A model generated the notes under the pieces. It saw only the letters and a list, made by a program, of their open reading frames with translations. It was not told the DNA's origin and did not search any database. The translations under genes and the position numbers were made by a program. A stretch of DNA of 64,000 nt from Alphaproteobacteria bacterium (GTDB lineage: Bacteria; Pseudomonadota; Alphaproteobacteria; UBA7887), in contig CBDCGL010000011.1 of assembly GCA_965216755.1 (NCBI GenBank), forward strand, positions 1,728,001 through 1,792,000, given 5' to 3'. The first letter of the stretch is position 1. Each line of letters begins with the position of its first letter. Of this stretch, positions 1 to 10,249 are shown piece after piece.

Positions 1-153
1 CTCTCCATTGTTGTCGAAGATCGTCGCATCCGTCATTACAGGCCGCTTTATTCGGTGAATGAAACCGGTTGGTGGAAACATCGCGCTCTGTGACGATTGA
101 CAAGAGCCCGTTCCCTGGTGCCAAATCCGGAAACGGGCTCTGTTGAAGACAGC

Positions 154-693
154 TTATTTGCTGTCCGCTGCAATCGCTACACGTTTGCGTCCTGTGATCA
201 TGGCGCGAACGAGGTTCTCGTGGTGGCGGACACTGGCGAAGACAACGCCAGCAATGTGCAGTGCGATCAGAAGCAACAGCCCATGGGCTAAAAGCTCGTG
301 CGTTTCCTCAACCCATTCAACGCCCCAGAAGGCGTCGGTTGTGTAGAGCCAACCGGTAACGCATAAACCTGCCATGCATAAGATCAGCATCACGATCATG
401 GCACCACCAGCAGGATTGTGGCCGACAAATCGGTCTTCCCGCCCGCGGAGCATGTCCTTTAGATAGCCAAGGACAACCGCCGGAGACCTGACAAACTTCG
501 AGAAACGCGCATAGCGTGTTCCCACCAGCCCCCAAAAGAGGCGGATCGCGATCAGACCGCCTGCCACATAACCGGCGGCCTCGTGCATGCGCTCCCAGTC
601 GTCCGCGCTGAGCCATGCGACCACAAAACTCGCTACGAGAGCCCAGTGAAAAATGCGCACGACCGGGTCCCAAACCTTGACAGTCCGCGCCAT
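154..693 (-). CDS. Cytochrome b/b6 domain membrane protein (Ni-hydrogenase cyt b-like)
   Basis: VWDPVVRIFHW, MHEAAGY, GHNPAG and HELLAH...LHIAGV heme-His motifs; 4 TM segments. Confidence 0.9.
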   Translation of the reverse strand: MARTVKVWDPVVRIFHWALVASFVVAWLSADDWERMHEAAGYVAGGLIAIRLFWGLVGTRYARFSKFVRSPAVVLGYLKDMLRGREDRFVGHNPAGGAMIVMLILCMAGLCVTGWLYTTDAFWGVEWVEETHELLAHGLLLLIALHIAGVVFASVRHHENLVRAMITGRKRVAIAADSK

Positions 694-697
694 GGCC

Positions 698-967
698 TCA
701 GTCTTCCAACTCGGCTGACACGAGTGTCAAAGTCTTGGGGTCATAGTAGTTTTCATAGCGTCGTCCGTCCGCGTCCACGCCATAGACTTCGTAGCAGCCA
801 TCGTCGACCTTGATCCGCCTGACCGTCCAGCCGGCGCCCTCCAATTGTCGCTGCAGGTCTTCTTGCGGCCGCCATTCCGCTTCCGGAACCGAGCATTTGT
901 CGCTCGCCATGGCGACACTTCCAATGCTTGTCGACAGAAGAAATATCGTACCGATCAGAGCTTTCAT
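698..967 (-). CDS. Secreted PepSY domain protein
   Basis: Signal peptide; GWTVRRIKVDDGCYEVYG..DG.RYE.YYDP PepSY_2 pattern. Confidence 0.9.
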   Translation of the reverse strand: MKALIGTIFLLSTSIGSVAMASDKCSVPEAEWRPQEDLQRQLEGAGWTVRRIKVDDGCYEVYGVDADGRRYENYYDPKTLTLVSAELED

Positions 968-1019
968 CGGGGAACCTCATTTGTTTGATTGCTGATAAGG
1001 TGCATTCTGCCGGGTGCGG

Positions 1020-1068
1020 CTGACAGCAAGCTGAAACGAAGGGAGAATCTTGTTCAGGTTCCTGTAAG
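1020..1068. promoter_or_regulatory. Two oppositely oriented OmpR-type direct-repeat boxes
   Basis: CTGAC-N6-CTGAA at 1020-1035 and TTCAG-N6-GTAAG at 1053-1068 (reverse complement CTTAC-N6-CTGAA); 11-bp periodicity; lies in the divergent pepSY/regulator promoter. Confidence 0.6.
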
Positions 1069-1109
1069 AGTACTGGGCAAGAGTCGGTGCGCGTGAAACG
1101 AAGAAGCCG

Positions 1110-1772
1110 ATGCGGATACTGCTCATCGAAGACGAACCGACCCTAGGCGAAGCGGTGCAAGAGCACGTCGCTGGCATGGGACATGCGGTCGATTGGGTGT
1201 TGCGCCTTGACGACGCCGAACTCGCGCTAAGAGCCGTCGACTATGGTCTGATTTTGCTGGACCTGCACTTGCCGGACGGTCTTGGCCTGGATTTGCTCAA
1301 GTCGCATCGACAAGGCGGCAGCCAATGCCCAGTCATCATATTGACCGCCCGGGATCAGATTCGTGACCGCATCGAAGGGCTCAACGCGGGCGCCGACGAT
1401 TATTTGGTAAAGCCATTCGACTTGGACGAACTCAGTGCGCGTATCCAGGCCGTGGCCCGTCGCTATGCCGGCAAGCCGAATCCGATTGTGCGTGTCGGTA
1501 CCGCTGAAATCGATCAAGCCGCGCGCTGCGTGAAATTGCGCGGTCAGGAGATCATCTTGACCCATCGCGAATGGGCCATCGTCGACCAACTGCTGCAAAG
1601 GCCGAACCAAATCCTGTCGAAAAGCCAACTGGAAGAAGCGCTTTATCCGTTTGGCGCCGAAATCGAAAGCAACGCGGTCGAAGTTTATGTCAGCCGTATT
1701 CGCAGAAAACTCGGTCGTGAGGCAATCAAAACCGTGCGCGGCGTTGGCTATCGTCTGGGATCGGAGCCGTGA
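1110..1772 (+). CDS. OmpR/QseB-family response regulator
   Basis: MRILLIEDE, LLDLHLPDG, GADDYLVKPF, winged helix TVRGVGY. Confidence 0.95.
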   Translation: MRILLIEDEPTLGEAVQEHVAGMGHAVDWVLRLDDAELALRAVDYGLILLDLHLPDGLGLDLLKSHRQGGSQCPVIILTARDQIRDRIEGLNAGADDYLVKPFDLDELSARIQAVARRYAGKPNPIVRVGTAEIDQAARCVKLRGQEIILTHREWAIVDQLLQRPNQILSKSQLEEALYPFGAEIESNAVEVYVSRIRRKLGREAIKTVRGVGYRLGSEP

Positions 1773-3112
1773 GCAATTGGAGCATCTCCGGGCGTTTAAT
1801 TACTATCCTAACGGTTGCGTTTGGTGGTTTCTGGCTTCTCGGCGTGGCGGCGTCCGCATTGGTCATGCGCCATGAGATCAACGAAGTGTTCGACAGCGCG
1901 CTCCAGGAAACGGCGCAGCGACTGTTACCCCTGGCAGCCGCGCAATACGTTGATTTTGACGACCATGACGATGGCGATGATGCACACGAGATCGCTGATA
2001 TGTTTTTGATTGCCGAGCACAAGGAATATCTCATTTATCAGGTGCGCAATGCCATCGGCACTGTTCTTATTCGTTCACATGATGCGCCGCATTCACCGTT
2101 TCCTGTTCCGTTGCAACATGGCTTCTTCGAATCTGATGGCCAACGTTTCTATAGCGAAGTCAGCCGCCGCGGCGACCTGATCATCCAAATCGGCGAACCT
2201 ATTGGCCATCGCACCGAAGCGATTGTCGAGAGCCTCAGCTGGCTAAGCGCACCGTTGCTCATTTTCATACCCCTAAGCGGACTTTCCATCTGGCTCACCG
2301 TGCGGACCACTTTGCGACCGATCGGCGTGGTTCGTGAGGAAATCGGCCGGCGTAGCGGCCTCCACCTCGCGCCGATCTCCGACACCGCGATGCCCGCCGA
2401 GTTGGCGCCAGTCACTCAAGACATCAATCGATTGTTGGAAAGACTCAGCCGTGCGCTGGAAAGCGAACGCGCCTTCGCCGCCAACAGTGCGCACGAGCTC
2501 AGGACGCCAATCGCCGCGGCGCTTGCCCAGACGCAGCGGCTCAGTGACCTTTTGTCTGGCAGCGCGCACCAATCGCGTGCCAACTCTATCGCGATGAGCC
2601 TACAAGACCTGAGTAGATTGGTTGAAAAGCTGCTGCAGCTCTCTCGGCTTGATGCCGGACTCGCGCTGACGCGCGAGCGCGTCGATCTGTTACCCGTGGT
2701 CAAACTTCTCATTGATGAATATCGCCACCGCCCTGACTCGGCAACACGGCTACAATTCGTACCGCCACATGATTTCGAGTTGTGCGCTTGTGTAGACGTG
2801 GACGCGTTCGGCATCGCGTTGCGCAATATCTTGGACAACGCGCTCACCCACGGCCCCCAGGATGCCCCAATCAATATTGTCGTGACCGCTGACAAGACAA
2901 TCTCGGTCGTGAATCCAGGCCCCGTGGTGCCGCCCGAGCGTCTTGCGAAACTCACTCACCGGTTTGAACGCGGCGCGACAGCAAGCCGCGGCTTCGGATT
3001 GGGCCTTGCGATCGCCGATATGGTCATGCGCCAGTCGGGCGGATGTCTGCAAATCTACTCGCCAGCACGTGGTCGTGACGACGGATTCGAGGTTGTGTTA
3101 TGTCTCGATTAG
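1769..3112 (+). CDS. Sensor histidine kinase (QseC-like)
   Basis: 2 TM, H-box AHELRTP, N-box NILDNA, G-box GFGLGLAI; overlaps regulator stop by 4 nt. Confidence 0.95.
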   Translation: MSNWSISGRLITILTVAFGGFWLLGVAASALVMRHEINEVFDSALQETAQRLLPLAAAQYVDFDDHDDGDDAHEIADMFLIAEHKEYLIYQVRNAIGTVLIRSHDAPHSPFPVPLQHGFFESDGQRFYSEVSRRGDLIIQIGEPIGHRTEAIVESLSWLSAPLLIFIPLSGLSIWLTVRTTLRPIGVVREEIGRRSGLHLAPISDTAMPAELAPVTQDINRLLERLSRALESERAFAANSAHELRTPIAAALAQTQRLSDLLSGSAHQSRANSIAMSLQDLSRLVEKLLQLSRLDAGLALTRERVDLLPVVKLLIDEYRHRPDSATRLQFVPPHDFELCACVDVDAFGIALRNILDNALTHGPQDAPINIVVTADKTISVVNPGPVVPPERLAKLTHRFERGATASRGFGLGLAIADMVMRQSGGCLQIYSPARGRDDGFEVVLCLD

Positions 3113-3121
3113 TTAGATGCG

Positions 3122-4447
3122 CTAGCGTTCGCGCAAAGCACGCCCCTTGGCGCGCAGAATCGGTTTAAGCAAATAGTCAAGCACTGTTTTCTTACCGGTC
3201 AAGATATCGACCTCGGCGATCATGCCGGGAATTATTGGCAGCGTGGCGCCACCTTTCCCTTCCAAGAAATTTCTCTCCGTCCTTACGGTAATCTCATAGA
3301 ACGATTCGCCATTTTCATCGGTAATCGTGTCGGCACTAATTTTTTGTAGCGTTGCGTCGAGACCGCCATAGATCGAAAAGTCATAGGCTGTAATCTTCAC
3401 TTTCGCCGTTTGGCCCGGGTGCAAGAACGCAATATCGGAAGGGCGTATCCGTGCCTCGACCAGAAGGTTGTCCTCCAACGGCACGATCTCGATCAAATCA
3501 GCGCCCGGCTGCATCACACCGCCTACCGTATTGATCATGATTTGCTTCACTGTGCCTTCGACCGGCGATCGCACTTCTGTGCGCCGCACGCGATCGGCGG
3601 CCGAGGCAAGTGATTCCGTAATCGCCGCCAACTCACCGCGCGCCCGCGCCAGGTCAACCGCGACCTCGGATTGAAACGCGGCGTTGCGTTCCTCGATGCG
3701 ACGCCGGACTTCGTTGAGCGCGGCACGCGCCCGCGGTACCGACTCTTGGGCCGTCTCCAGGTCACCAGACATGTCGTTAATTTGGCGCTCAAGGCGAATC
3801 AGCTCGATCCGCGCACTCACGCCTTGCGCCACGAGCGGTTCCAAAATGGAAAGCTCCTCGCGACCCAATCTCAAATTGCCACGCAATTGACGGATCCGAG
3901 CGTCAAGTTCGGCCAATTCCTGCGAACGTTGATCCGCCTGCCGGCGCAGCACTTCGATGCCGGTTTCCAGTTCCGATTGGCGCGCCTTATAGACCGCCAA
4001 CTCGCTTTCGATCAGGTCGGGCCGCTCCGTCGTGACTTCGTCGGCAAAGGTTGGTACTTCGCCGTCGCGTTCGGCGACCAGGCGGGCGATGGTTGCGCGC
4101 AACGCCAATACATTGGCCCGATCTTCACGATATTTGGAGGCGACGAGCGTATCATCGATAGTCAACAGAACCTGGCCGGGTTGCACGATTTCGCCTTCGC
4201 GGACGTGCACCGCCGACAATATGCCGCCTTCCAAATTCTGCACGATTTGTAGTTGGCTTGACGGGATCACGCGCCCCTGACCAGCGGTGACTTCATCCAA
4301 GGTCGCGACACTGGCCCAGACGCCGGCCGCGACGAAAAACGCGACGATCGACAGCAACAAAATATGCGCAGACAGGCGCGGGCCACGCATAACAGCCGCG
4401 CGCAAATCCGACATGAATGCGATATCTTCACTCCGCGCGCTATGCAT
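3122..4447 (-). CDS. HlyD-family type I secretion membrane fusion protein (LapC-like)
   Basis: GRVIPSS..QIVQNLEGG, coiled coil, RSPVEGTV, AYDFSIYG, PGMIAEVDI. Confidence 0.95.
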   Translation of the reverse strand: MHSARSEDIAFMSDLRAAVMRGPRLSAHILLLSIVAFFVAAGVWASVATLDEVTAGQGRVIPSSQLQIVQNLEGGILSAVHVREGEIVQPGQVLLTIDDTLVASKYREDRANVLALRATIARLVAERDGEVPTFADEVTTERPDLIESELAVYKARQSELETGIEVLRRQADQRSQELAELDARIRQLRGNLRLGREELSILEPLVAQGVSARIELIRLERQINDMSGDLETAQESVPRARAALNEVRRRIEERNAAFQSEVAVDLARARGELAAITESLASAADRVRRTEVRSPVEGTVKQIMINTVGGVMQPGADLIEIVPLEDNLLVEARIRPSDIAFLHPGQTAKVKITAYDFSIYGGLDATLQKISADTITDENGESFYEITVRTERNFLEGKGGATLPIIPGMIAEVDILTGKKTVLDYLLKPILRAKGRALRER

Positions 4448-4495
4448 GGTTGCACCCCATCACGTGCGCGGCCCCAGGGCCCGCCGGATATGCGA

Positions 4496-6757
4496 TCATG
4501 CTTTTGCCGCCCGCAATTTGCCGCCCGCCAGGGCGTCGATCACCGCTTGGCGTGGACCGTCGGCGACGACTCGACCGCCGTCGAAGACAATCAGCCTGTT
4601 GACCAGCGACAATAATGAGGCCCGGTGCGTTACCAAGATCAATGTACGATCGGGCAACATGCCGCCAAGACGGGTTTTGAAGGCGTCTTCGCCGCGCGTG
4701 TCCATTGAACTGGTCGGCTCGTCGAAAATTAGAATCGGTGGCTCATTCAGCAGCGCCCGGGCGATGGCGATTGTCTGACGTTGTCCGCCGGACAGCCCCT
4801 CGCCCCGTTCCCCAATCGGTAAGTCGTATCCCATCGGATGCTGGCTGACGAAATCGTCGGTACCGGCCATGATCCCCGCGCTCAGAATTGCCGCGTCATC
4901 GGCGTGGCCGGTCGCAACCGTGATGTTCTCGCGTACGGTACCGGCGAACAGATAAACGTCCTGGGGGACATAACCAATGCTGCGCCGCAGGTCGACAGGG
5001 TCGATTTGGCGAATGTCTGTGCCGTCGACCAAAATCGAACCGTCGCTTGGCTCGAACAAACCCAAAATCAGCTTTGCGACCGTACTCTTGCCAGAGCCGA
5101 CGCGCCCGATAAGACCAACCCTTTCCCTGGGCGCGATCTTGAAGCTTACGCCTTTGAGCGCTTCGATATCGCGGCCCGGGTAGCGGAAACGCACGTCTTG
5201 AAAAGTGATACCACCCTTCAGCTCGGGCCGGTGCAGGAACTTCTTCAAAGGCGGCCGTTCCACCGGCGCCCGCATGATTTGGTTGAGGGCGCGCAAGGAT
5301 GCCATAGAACGGTGGAAACGGGTCAGCAACTGGGCTACTTGCACCAGAGGCGCCAAAGCACGGTGGCTTAGCATCACGCACGCGATCAACCCGCCCACGG
5401 TCAAGGCACCGTCCTTGATCAGATAGACGCCGTAAATGACAACGCCAACAGCGGTCATCTGAGACACCAAAGTTGCGAAATGGACCGCCGCTTGCGATAT
5501 CACGCGCGCGCGCAACGACGACGTCGCGGTTAGGCCGACAAGCCCTTCCCATTTGTGGCGCATACGCGCTTCACCGCCAAGGCTCTTGAGTGTTTCCAAG
5601 CCGTTGAGCGATTCGACCAACACGCCGTGTTTTTGCTCGGCTTCGCGAACATTGCGTTGTATGACCACATTCAGCGGAATCTGCATGAGTAGGCCGACGA
5701 TCAGGACCAGCGGAATGGTCGCCATCAACACATAGGCAATCGGGCCACCGACGGCCCAAATCACCAAAACGAAAAACACGACAAACGGCAGGTCGACCAC
5801 AGCGGCAAGGGTTGCCGAGGTGAAGAAATCCCGCAGTGTTTCAAACTCACGCAACGTATTTGCAAAGGCGCCAGCAGATGCCGGGCGCGCCGCCATTCGC
5901 ATGTCGAGCACTTGTTCGAATATGCGCGATGCCAGGATCACATCGGCGCGCTTTCCAGCCATGTCGATGAAATAGCCGCGCAAATGCTTGAGCAAGAAAT
6001 CGAACAGATAGACACAGCCCACACCGGCCGCGAGCACCCACAGCGTTTCCACGGCATCATTCGGGACGACCCGATCGTACACCGTCATGATGAACAGCGG
6101 TGTCGCCAAGGCAAACAGATTGATCAGAATGGCGGCCAGCGCCACCTGGATGTATGACCACCAGCTCTTGGCTAAGGTTCCCCAAAACCAAGAATGAGCT
6201 TTGGGGATTGCTTGACGATCTGTCTGCGTGTGGTCTTCAAAGTGAAAAGTGGGCCGGACGTAGATTGCATAACCGACATAATCGTCCGCCAATGCGCCGA
6301 GATCCGCGTCAATCGTACCACCGCCGGATTCAGGCGTAACGATCTTGGCAGCACGCCGGCCCGGCAGATCAACCAGGACGCAGGCGCGCCCATCGTTCAG
6401 GATCAAGACGACAGGCAACACGAGCCGCGAGATCGCGGTCAGGCGTCGCTTGACCACTCGGGCACTTAGGCCGGCGCGTTCCGCTGCGCGTACAAATAAC
6501 TGCGGGGTCAAACCTGATCCGGCGTGCGGCAAGCCCGCCATCAAGACACTGCCGGACCGAGGATTGCCGTGGAACCGCGTCAGAAATTCAAGACATTCAA
6601 GGAGCGGATCCTCATGACTAGATGCGGCATCGACCTCGTTGGGAGCTAAATTGGCGCCACTGTCGTCGCCAACCACATAGATCGGTGACGAGGGCGCCTG
6701 CGCGCCTTCGCGAGGCCCGACGTCGAGCGGATGTTTGACTGTCGGCTCTTCCGTCAC
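4496..6757 (-). CDS. Type I secretion permease/ATPase with C39-like N-domain (LapB-like)
   Basis: PLFIMTVYDRVVPN, Walker A GRVGSGKS, LSGGQRQ, FDEPTS. Confidence 0.95.
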   Translation of the reverse strand: MTEEPTVKHPLDVGPREGAQAPSSPIYVVGDDSGANLAPNEVDAASSHEDPLLECLEFLTRFHGNPRSGSVLMAGLPHAGSGLTPQLFVRAAERAGLSARVVKRRLTAISRLVLPVVLILNDGRACVLVDLPGRRAAKIVTPESGGGTIDADLGALADDYVGYAIYVRPTFHFEDHTQTDRQAIPKAHSWFWGTLAKSWWSYIQVALAAILINLFALATPLFIMTVYDRVVPNDAVETLWVLAAGVGCVYLFDFLLKHLRGYFIDMAGKRADVILASRIFEQVLDMRMAARPASAGAFANTLREFETLRDFFTSATLAAVVDLPFVVFFVLVIWAVGGPIAYVLMATIPLVLIVGLLMQIPLNVVIQRNVREAEQKHGVLVESLNGLETLKSLGGEARMRHKWEGLVGLTATSSLRARVISQAAVHFATLVSQMTAVGVVIYGVYLIKDGALTVGGLIACVMLSHRALAPLVQVAQLLTRFHRSMASLRALNQIMRAPVERPPLKKFLHRPELKGGITFQDVRFRYPGRDIEALKGVSFKIAPRERVGLIGRVGSGKSTVAKLILGLFEPSDGSILVDGTDIRQIDPVDLRRSIGYVPQDVYLFAGTVRENITVATGHADDAAILSAGIMAGTDDFVSQHPMGYDLPIGERGEGLSGGQRQTIAIARALLNEPPILIFDEPTSSMDTRGEDAFKTRLGGMLPDRTLILVTHRASLLSLVNRLIVFDGGRVVADGPRQAVIDALAGGKLRAAKA

Positions 6758-7042
6758 GCCGCCGCTCCCAACTCCGTTTCGCTTTGGACGCCGGTCAGCC
6801 GACCAGCCGGCTCACCACCGCGCAATCGTCCATAGTGGCAGACCCGGTGAGCACTTGCGATGTCCCATTCAGATACGACGGGCTGCTCGGGACCACTGCG
6901 CAACGCGAGCCGCCGCTCGTCGCACGACCAGCACTTTGGCCCCCATGGCCCCATCGAATTGTGTGAATTGTAATATAGGCGGCCACGCGATGGTTGCGAC
7001 GACACCACACTCTTCCGTGGTATTGCGCCCAGTACGCGTTAG

Positions 7043-8515
7043 CTAATGATCACGCGGCGCCAACAGGAAGACCGGTGGCTCGTCCGACATTTCATCAAAA
7101 CCTTCAGGGGTTTCTGGGTGGATACCCATCGCTTCTGTGGTCTGTCCCAAGGTCGAAATGACCGCCCAGTGGGCAAAATGAACGTCGTATTCCGCCGACA
7201 CCAAATCGACGCGCGCCTGGAATAGCTCGTTTTCCGTATCAAGAACGTCCAGCAAAGTCCTCTGACCAAGCTCAAATTGCTGGCGATATGCAGAGACAAC
7301 TTGGGCGGAATTGATCACACGCTCTTCGACATTCGGAAGCCGGCTTTGTGCGGTTTCAAGCCGACTCCAATCCAGCCGCGTCTGCTCTTCCACCAGCCGA
7401 CGCGTCGCACGTTCGTCCATAATCGTCTTGCTGACCTGCTCTCGCGCACCGCGTAAAATGGCACTGTCACCGCCACCTCGATAGAGGTTGAAGCGCATGA
7501 CCAGCAGCGCCGCCAAATCCGTGCCCGATCCGCGCACACCGTTGACGTTGTTTTCGCCCGTTGCCGAGAGTTCGATGTCGAAGCGCGGCACAAACACGCC
7601 CTCCGCCGCCTTGGCATCGGATCGCCGGGCTTCTACAGCCGTGCGCGCGGCTAGCGCGGCTGGATTTTCAGCGACCGCCCGGGTTATCGCGTCTTGCAGC
7701 GTCTTCGGTACCCATTCCGACGGATAGTTGCCAACGATCAGGTCGTCCGGTGGCACACCCACCGCTTCAATGAAATCGGCTTCGGCGTCGCGCAGGAGTC
7801 CTTCTTGCTCTGTAAGGCGTGTCCGCGCAAGCGCGAGCCGGCTCTGCGCCTGCACGACATCGGCCTGGTTGCCCGCGCCTGTTTGGGCCCTCAGGGTCAC
7901 GTCGTCAAGAACTTCCACGTGTGTCTGTACATTGTCTTCGGCCAGCGCGATCACTTCCCGGCTGCGCTGAACCTCAAAAAAAGCTTCGATCACGGCCAGC
8001 GCGATCGCTTCTTCGACATCGGTCACTTGGTGGCCGGACGTGTCAAACCGATAGCGCGCGGCATCAACCAGATTGGGCGTTTCAAAGCCATCAAACAACA
8101 TTTGGTTGACGGTCACCGACCCATCTTGACGGAGGACGCCAACATGCGACGGACCACCGGTACCGCGCGTCCGACGAAACCGCGTCGTGTTGTTATTGAC
8201 GCTTTGAATACCCACGCCAACCCGGGTATTGACCTCGGGAAAATAGCGCGCCCGTGCTTCGCCGATCTCCTGTTCGGCGACAGCCTGAGCCTTATGAAAG
8301 GCAAGAACCTGCGGGTGCGAATCGACCGCGAGTTTGACCGCTTCTTCCAGGGTCATCGCCATACCGGGCGCGACAGGGCAGCCGATCAACATCGAAACCG
8401 CAAACGCGCGACATCTGGCCGCCCATTTGGGCGCCCTGCGGTGTTGTCCTAGCTGCCTTGGCCCCGGGCTACGCCCACCAAATTGCAATTGCTCTGCCCC
8501 CCGATCAGCAAACAA
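7043..8515 (-). CDS. TolC-family outer membrane protein (LapE/AggA-like); start uncertain
   Basis: TLEEAV..A...HP, QMLFDGF, YRQQFELGQRTLLDVLDTENE. Confidence 0.93.
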   Translation of the reverse strand: MFADRGAEQLQFGGRSPGPRQLGQHRRAPKWAARCRAFAVSMLIGCPVAPGMAMTLEEAVKLAVDSHPQVLAFHKAQAVAEQEIGEARARYFPEVNTRVGVGIQSVNNNTTRFRRTRGTGGPSHVGVLRQDGSVTVNQMLFDGFETPNLVDAARYRFDTSGHQVTDVEEAIALAVIEAFFEVQRSREVIALAEDNVQTHVEVLDDVTLRAQTGAGNQADVVQAQSRLALARTRLTEQEGLLRDAEADFIEAVGVPPDDLIVGNYPSEWVPKTLQDAITRAVAENPAALAARTAVEARRSDAKAAEGVFVPRFDIELSATGENNVNGVRGSGTDLAALLVMRFNLYRGGGDSAILRGAREQVSKTIMDERATRRLVEEQTRLDWSRLETAQSRLPNVEERVINSAQVVSAYRQQFELGQRTLLDVLDTENELFQARVDLVSAEYDVHFAHWAVISTLGQTTEAMGIHPETPEGFDEMSDEPPVFLLAPRDH

Positions 8516-8834
8516 GCCGCGGCTGCCGCATTTACGTCGGCATCGTTATCCCTGTGGGTTCGACCGCCGAAATCGCCGCGCATTTGTCGTTGAAACCAGT
8601 AGCAAATATAGTGTTGGCCGTCCACGCTTATAGGGTAATCGTGGGTCAAACAAGGGTCCTGTTGCAAAAGCGACACGCAATTCTTCAGTGATTTGTATGA
8701 CTTATCAGGTCACTGCACACCAGTCGTCCACATGTAGTCAACTAGCGGTCGCGAAATGCAACATGACACTTCGGGCCGCCTGACAAACGAGGCGCAGCCC
8801 CGGTGACCGGATCTCTGTGGATGGTTTAGAAGGT

Positions 8835-9632
8835 TTAGACAACCCAGAATGAGGTGCCACCGTCGAACGTGTCATCGTCTTCAATCGAGCTGGCCGGCGT
8901 CACCAAACCGGTCACACCGATCCCCGCAAACACTCCAGAATCAAGGTCTTGTGAATTCGACTGGAACGGAGCGTCGGGGGTGGCATTCAGAGGCGGTAGC
9001 GCCGACCACACAAGGTCGGCGCCGCCGATGGTTGCGGCTGTAAAGTAACCGGCAAACGGATCTTCGGGAAAACCCGGCGCCGTCGTCGACACCATGTCAA
9101 TGGCAACTTCGTGATGCGCTTCGTCAAAGCGGAGGATGTCGTCCATGGCCAGCGGCGGCGTGTCCAAGAAACCTGGCACAGCATCATGAACCGATATCGC
9201 CGCCTCATCGGAATCAAAAAACACACCACTCTCGATGGACTCACCGACAAGCGCAGATTCGGCACCGTCGATCCAAAGCACGCCATCCGAATTATCGGTA
9301 CTCGAAAGGGTCTCGCTCTCGGTACTCCCGGCGGTCCACGCCAACAAATCTCCAAGAGCGGCGATTGTCAACGGGGTTGGGCCACCGTCGATTACCACCG
9401 ACATATCAATTTCTTGCTCCAAACCAGCGCGCAAACCGTGCAAATGGATATCGACCTGGTCCACGGTAACCACGACTTCGTCTTGCGCATCGATCGCGAT
9501 CGCGACTTTGTCGACGGTGACATCCGGAAATCTCACAGTTTCACCGTCGGCGATGGCGACAACGGCACCCGCCTCGGCGGCAATTGTCTCGGGCGCGTTC
9601 CCACCTTGCCCAATTAGCAGTTTGATCGTCAT
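8835..9632 (-). CDS. Hypothetical very acidic protein, candidate T1SS substrate
   Basis: 265 aa rich in D/E/A/G, no Cys, no signal peptide; directly upstream of tolC on the same strand. Confidence 0.65.
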   Translation of the reverse strand: MTIKLLIGQGGNAPETIAAEAGAVVAIADGETVRFPDVTVDKVAIAIDAQDEVVVTVDQVDIHLHGLRAGLEQEIDMSVVIDGGPTPLTIAALGDLLAWTAGSTESETLSSTDNSDGVLWIDGAESALVGESIESGVFFDSDEAAISVHDAVPGFLDTPPLAMDDILRFDEAHHEVAIDMVSTTAPGFPEDPFAGYFTAATIGGADLVWSALPPLNATPDAPFQSNSQDLDSGVFAGIGVTGLVTPASSIEDDDTFDGGTSFWVV

Positions 9633-9901
9633 AACAGCACCACTTCGTATTCAACACATTCGCGGACGAGGCCGACAGATTTTTTTGCGTGTTCTTCTCG
9701 CCGGCAACGACCTAACCCTTTTACCCACAGAGAGAGACATAGCGCGCGCCGCCCAGCGAAACATGATGCGAACGCACTATGCGCTATAGGCCGTCGGAGA
9801 CGTGGCTCTATGTTCACTTAGAGAGTCTCTGTCCGCGAGCCAGGACGCCAGAGGCCTGAAATGTCACGGAAATTTTGCCAATCGGGCGCAGGAGTCGGCC
9901 C

Positions 9902-10234
9902 ATGCCCTATGTGAAGCGAGATGATGCAGGTCGTATTGCGGCCATCTATGGCGAGGCTCAGACCTCAGCATACGAATTCTTGGCGCCAAATTCTAAGGAA
10001 ATTCAAGAATTTATAGATGGGCGCCCAATCGATGAGACGCGCCGGACACTGGAAGACTCGGATCTCGCCATGGGCCGCGTGGTTGAAGATCTTATTGATG
10101 TCTTGATTGCAAAAAACGTCATTCTGCTGACCGACTTGCCGCAACCGGCACAGGAGAAAATCATGAATCGCCGCCATCTTCGCGGGGGTCTGGAGGATCT
10201 GGCCGACCTTGTCGCAGAGGTCGCCGAAATCTAG
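9902..10234 (+). CDS. Small T1SS/Lap-locus-associated protein (often labelled 'tryptophan synthase beta-like')
   Basis: MPYVKRD..GRI..., SDLAMGRVVEDLIDVLI.KNVI..TDLP..AQEK...RR.LR family pattern. Confidence 0.75.
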   Translation: MPYVKRDDAGRIAAIYGEAQTSAYEFLAPNSKEIQEFIDGRPIDETRRTLEDSDLAMGRVVEDLIDVLIAKNVILLTDLPQPAQEKIMNRRHLRGGLEDLADLVAEVAEI

Positions 10235-10249
10235 CCGGTCCTTCGCATC

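Noticed and set aside
1-36. Possible start of a minus-strand gene (MTDATIFDNNGE)
   Set aside because: Only 12 codons lie in the window
6758-7042. Small ORF or structured RNA inside the T1SS operon
   Set aside because: No RBS-supported ORF or convincing hairpin; probably an internal promoter region
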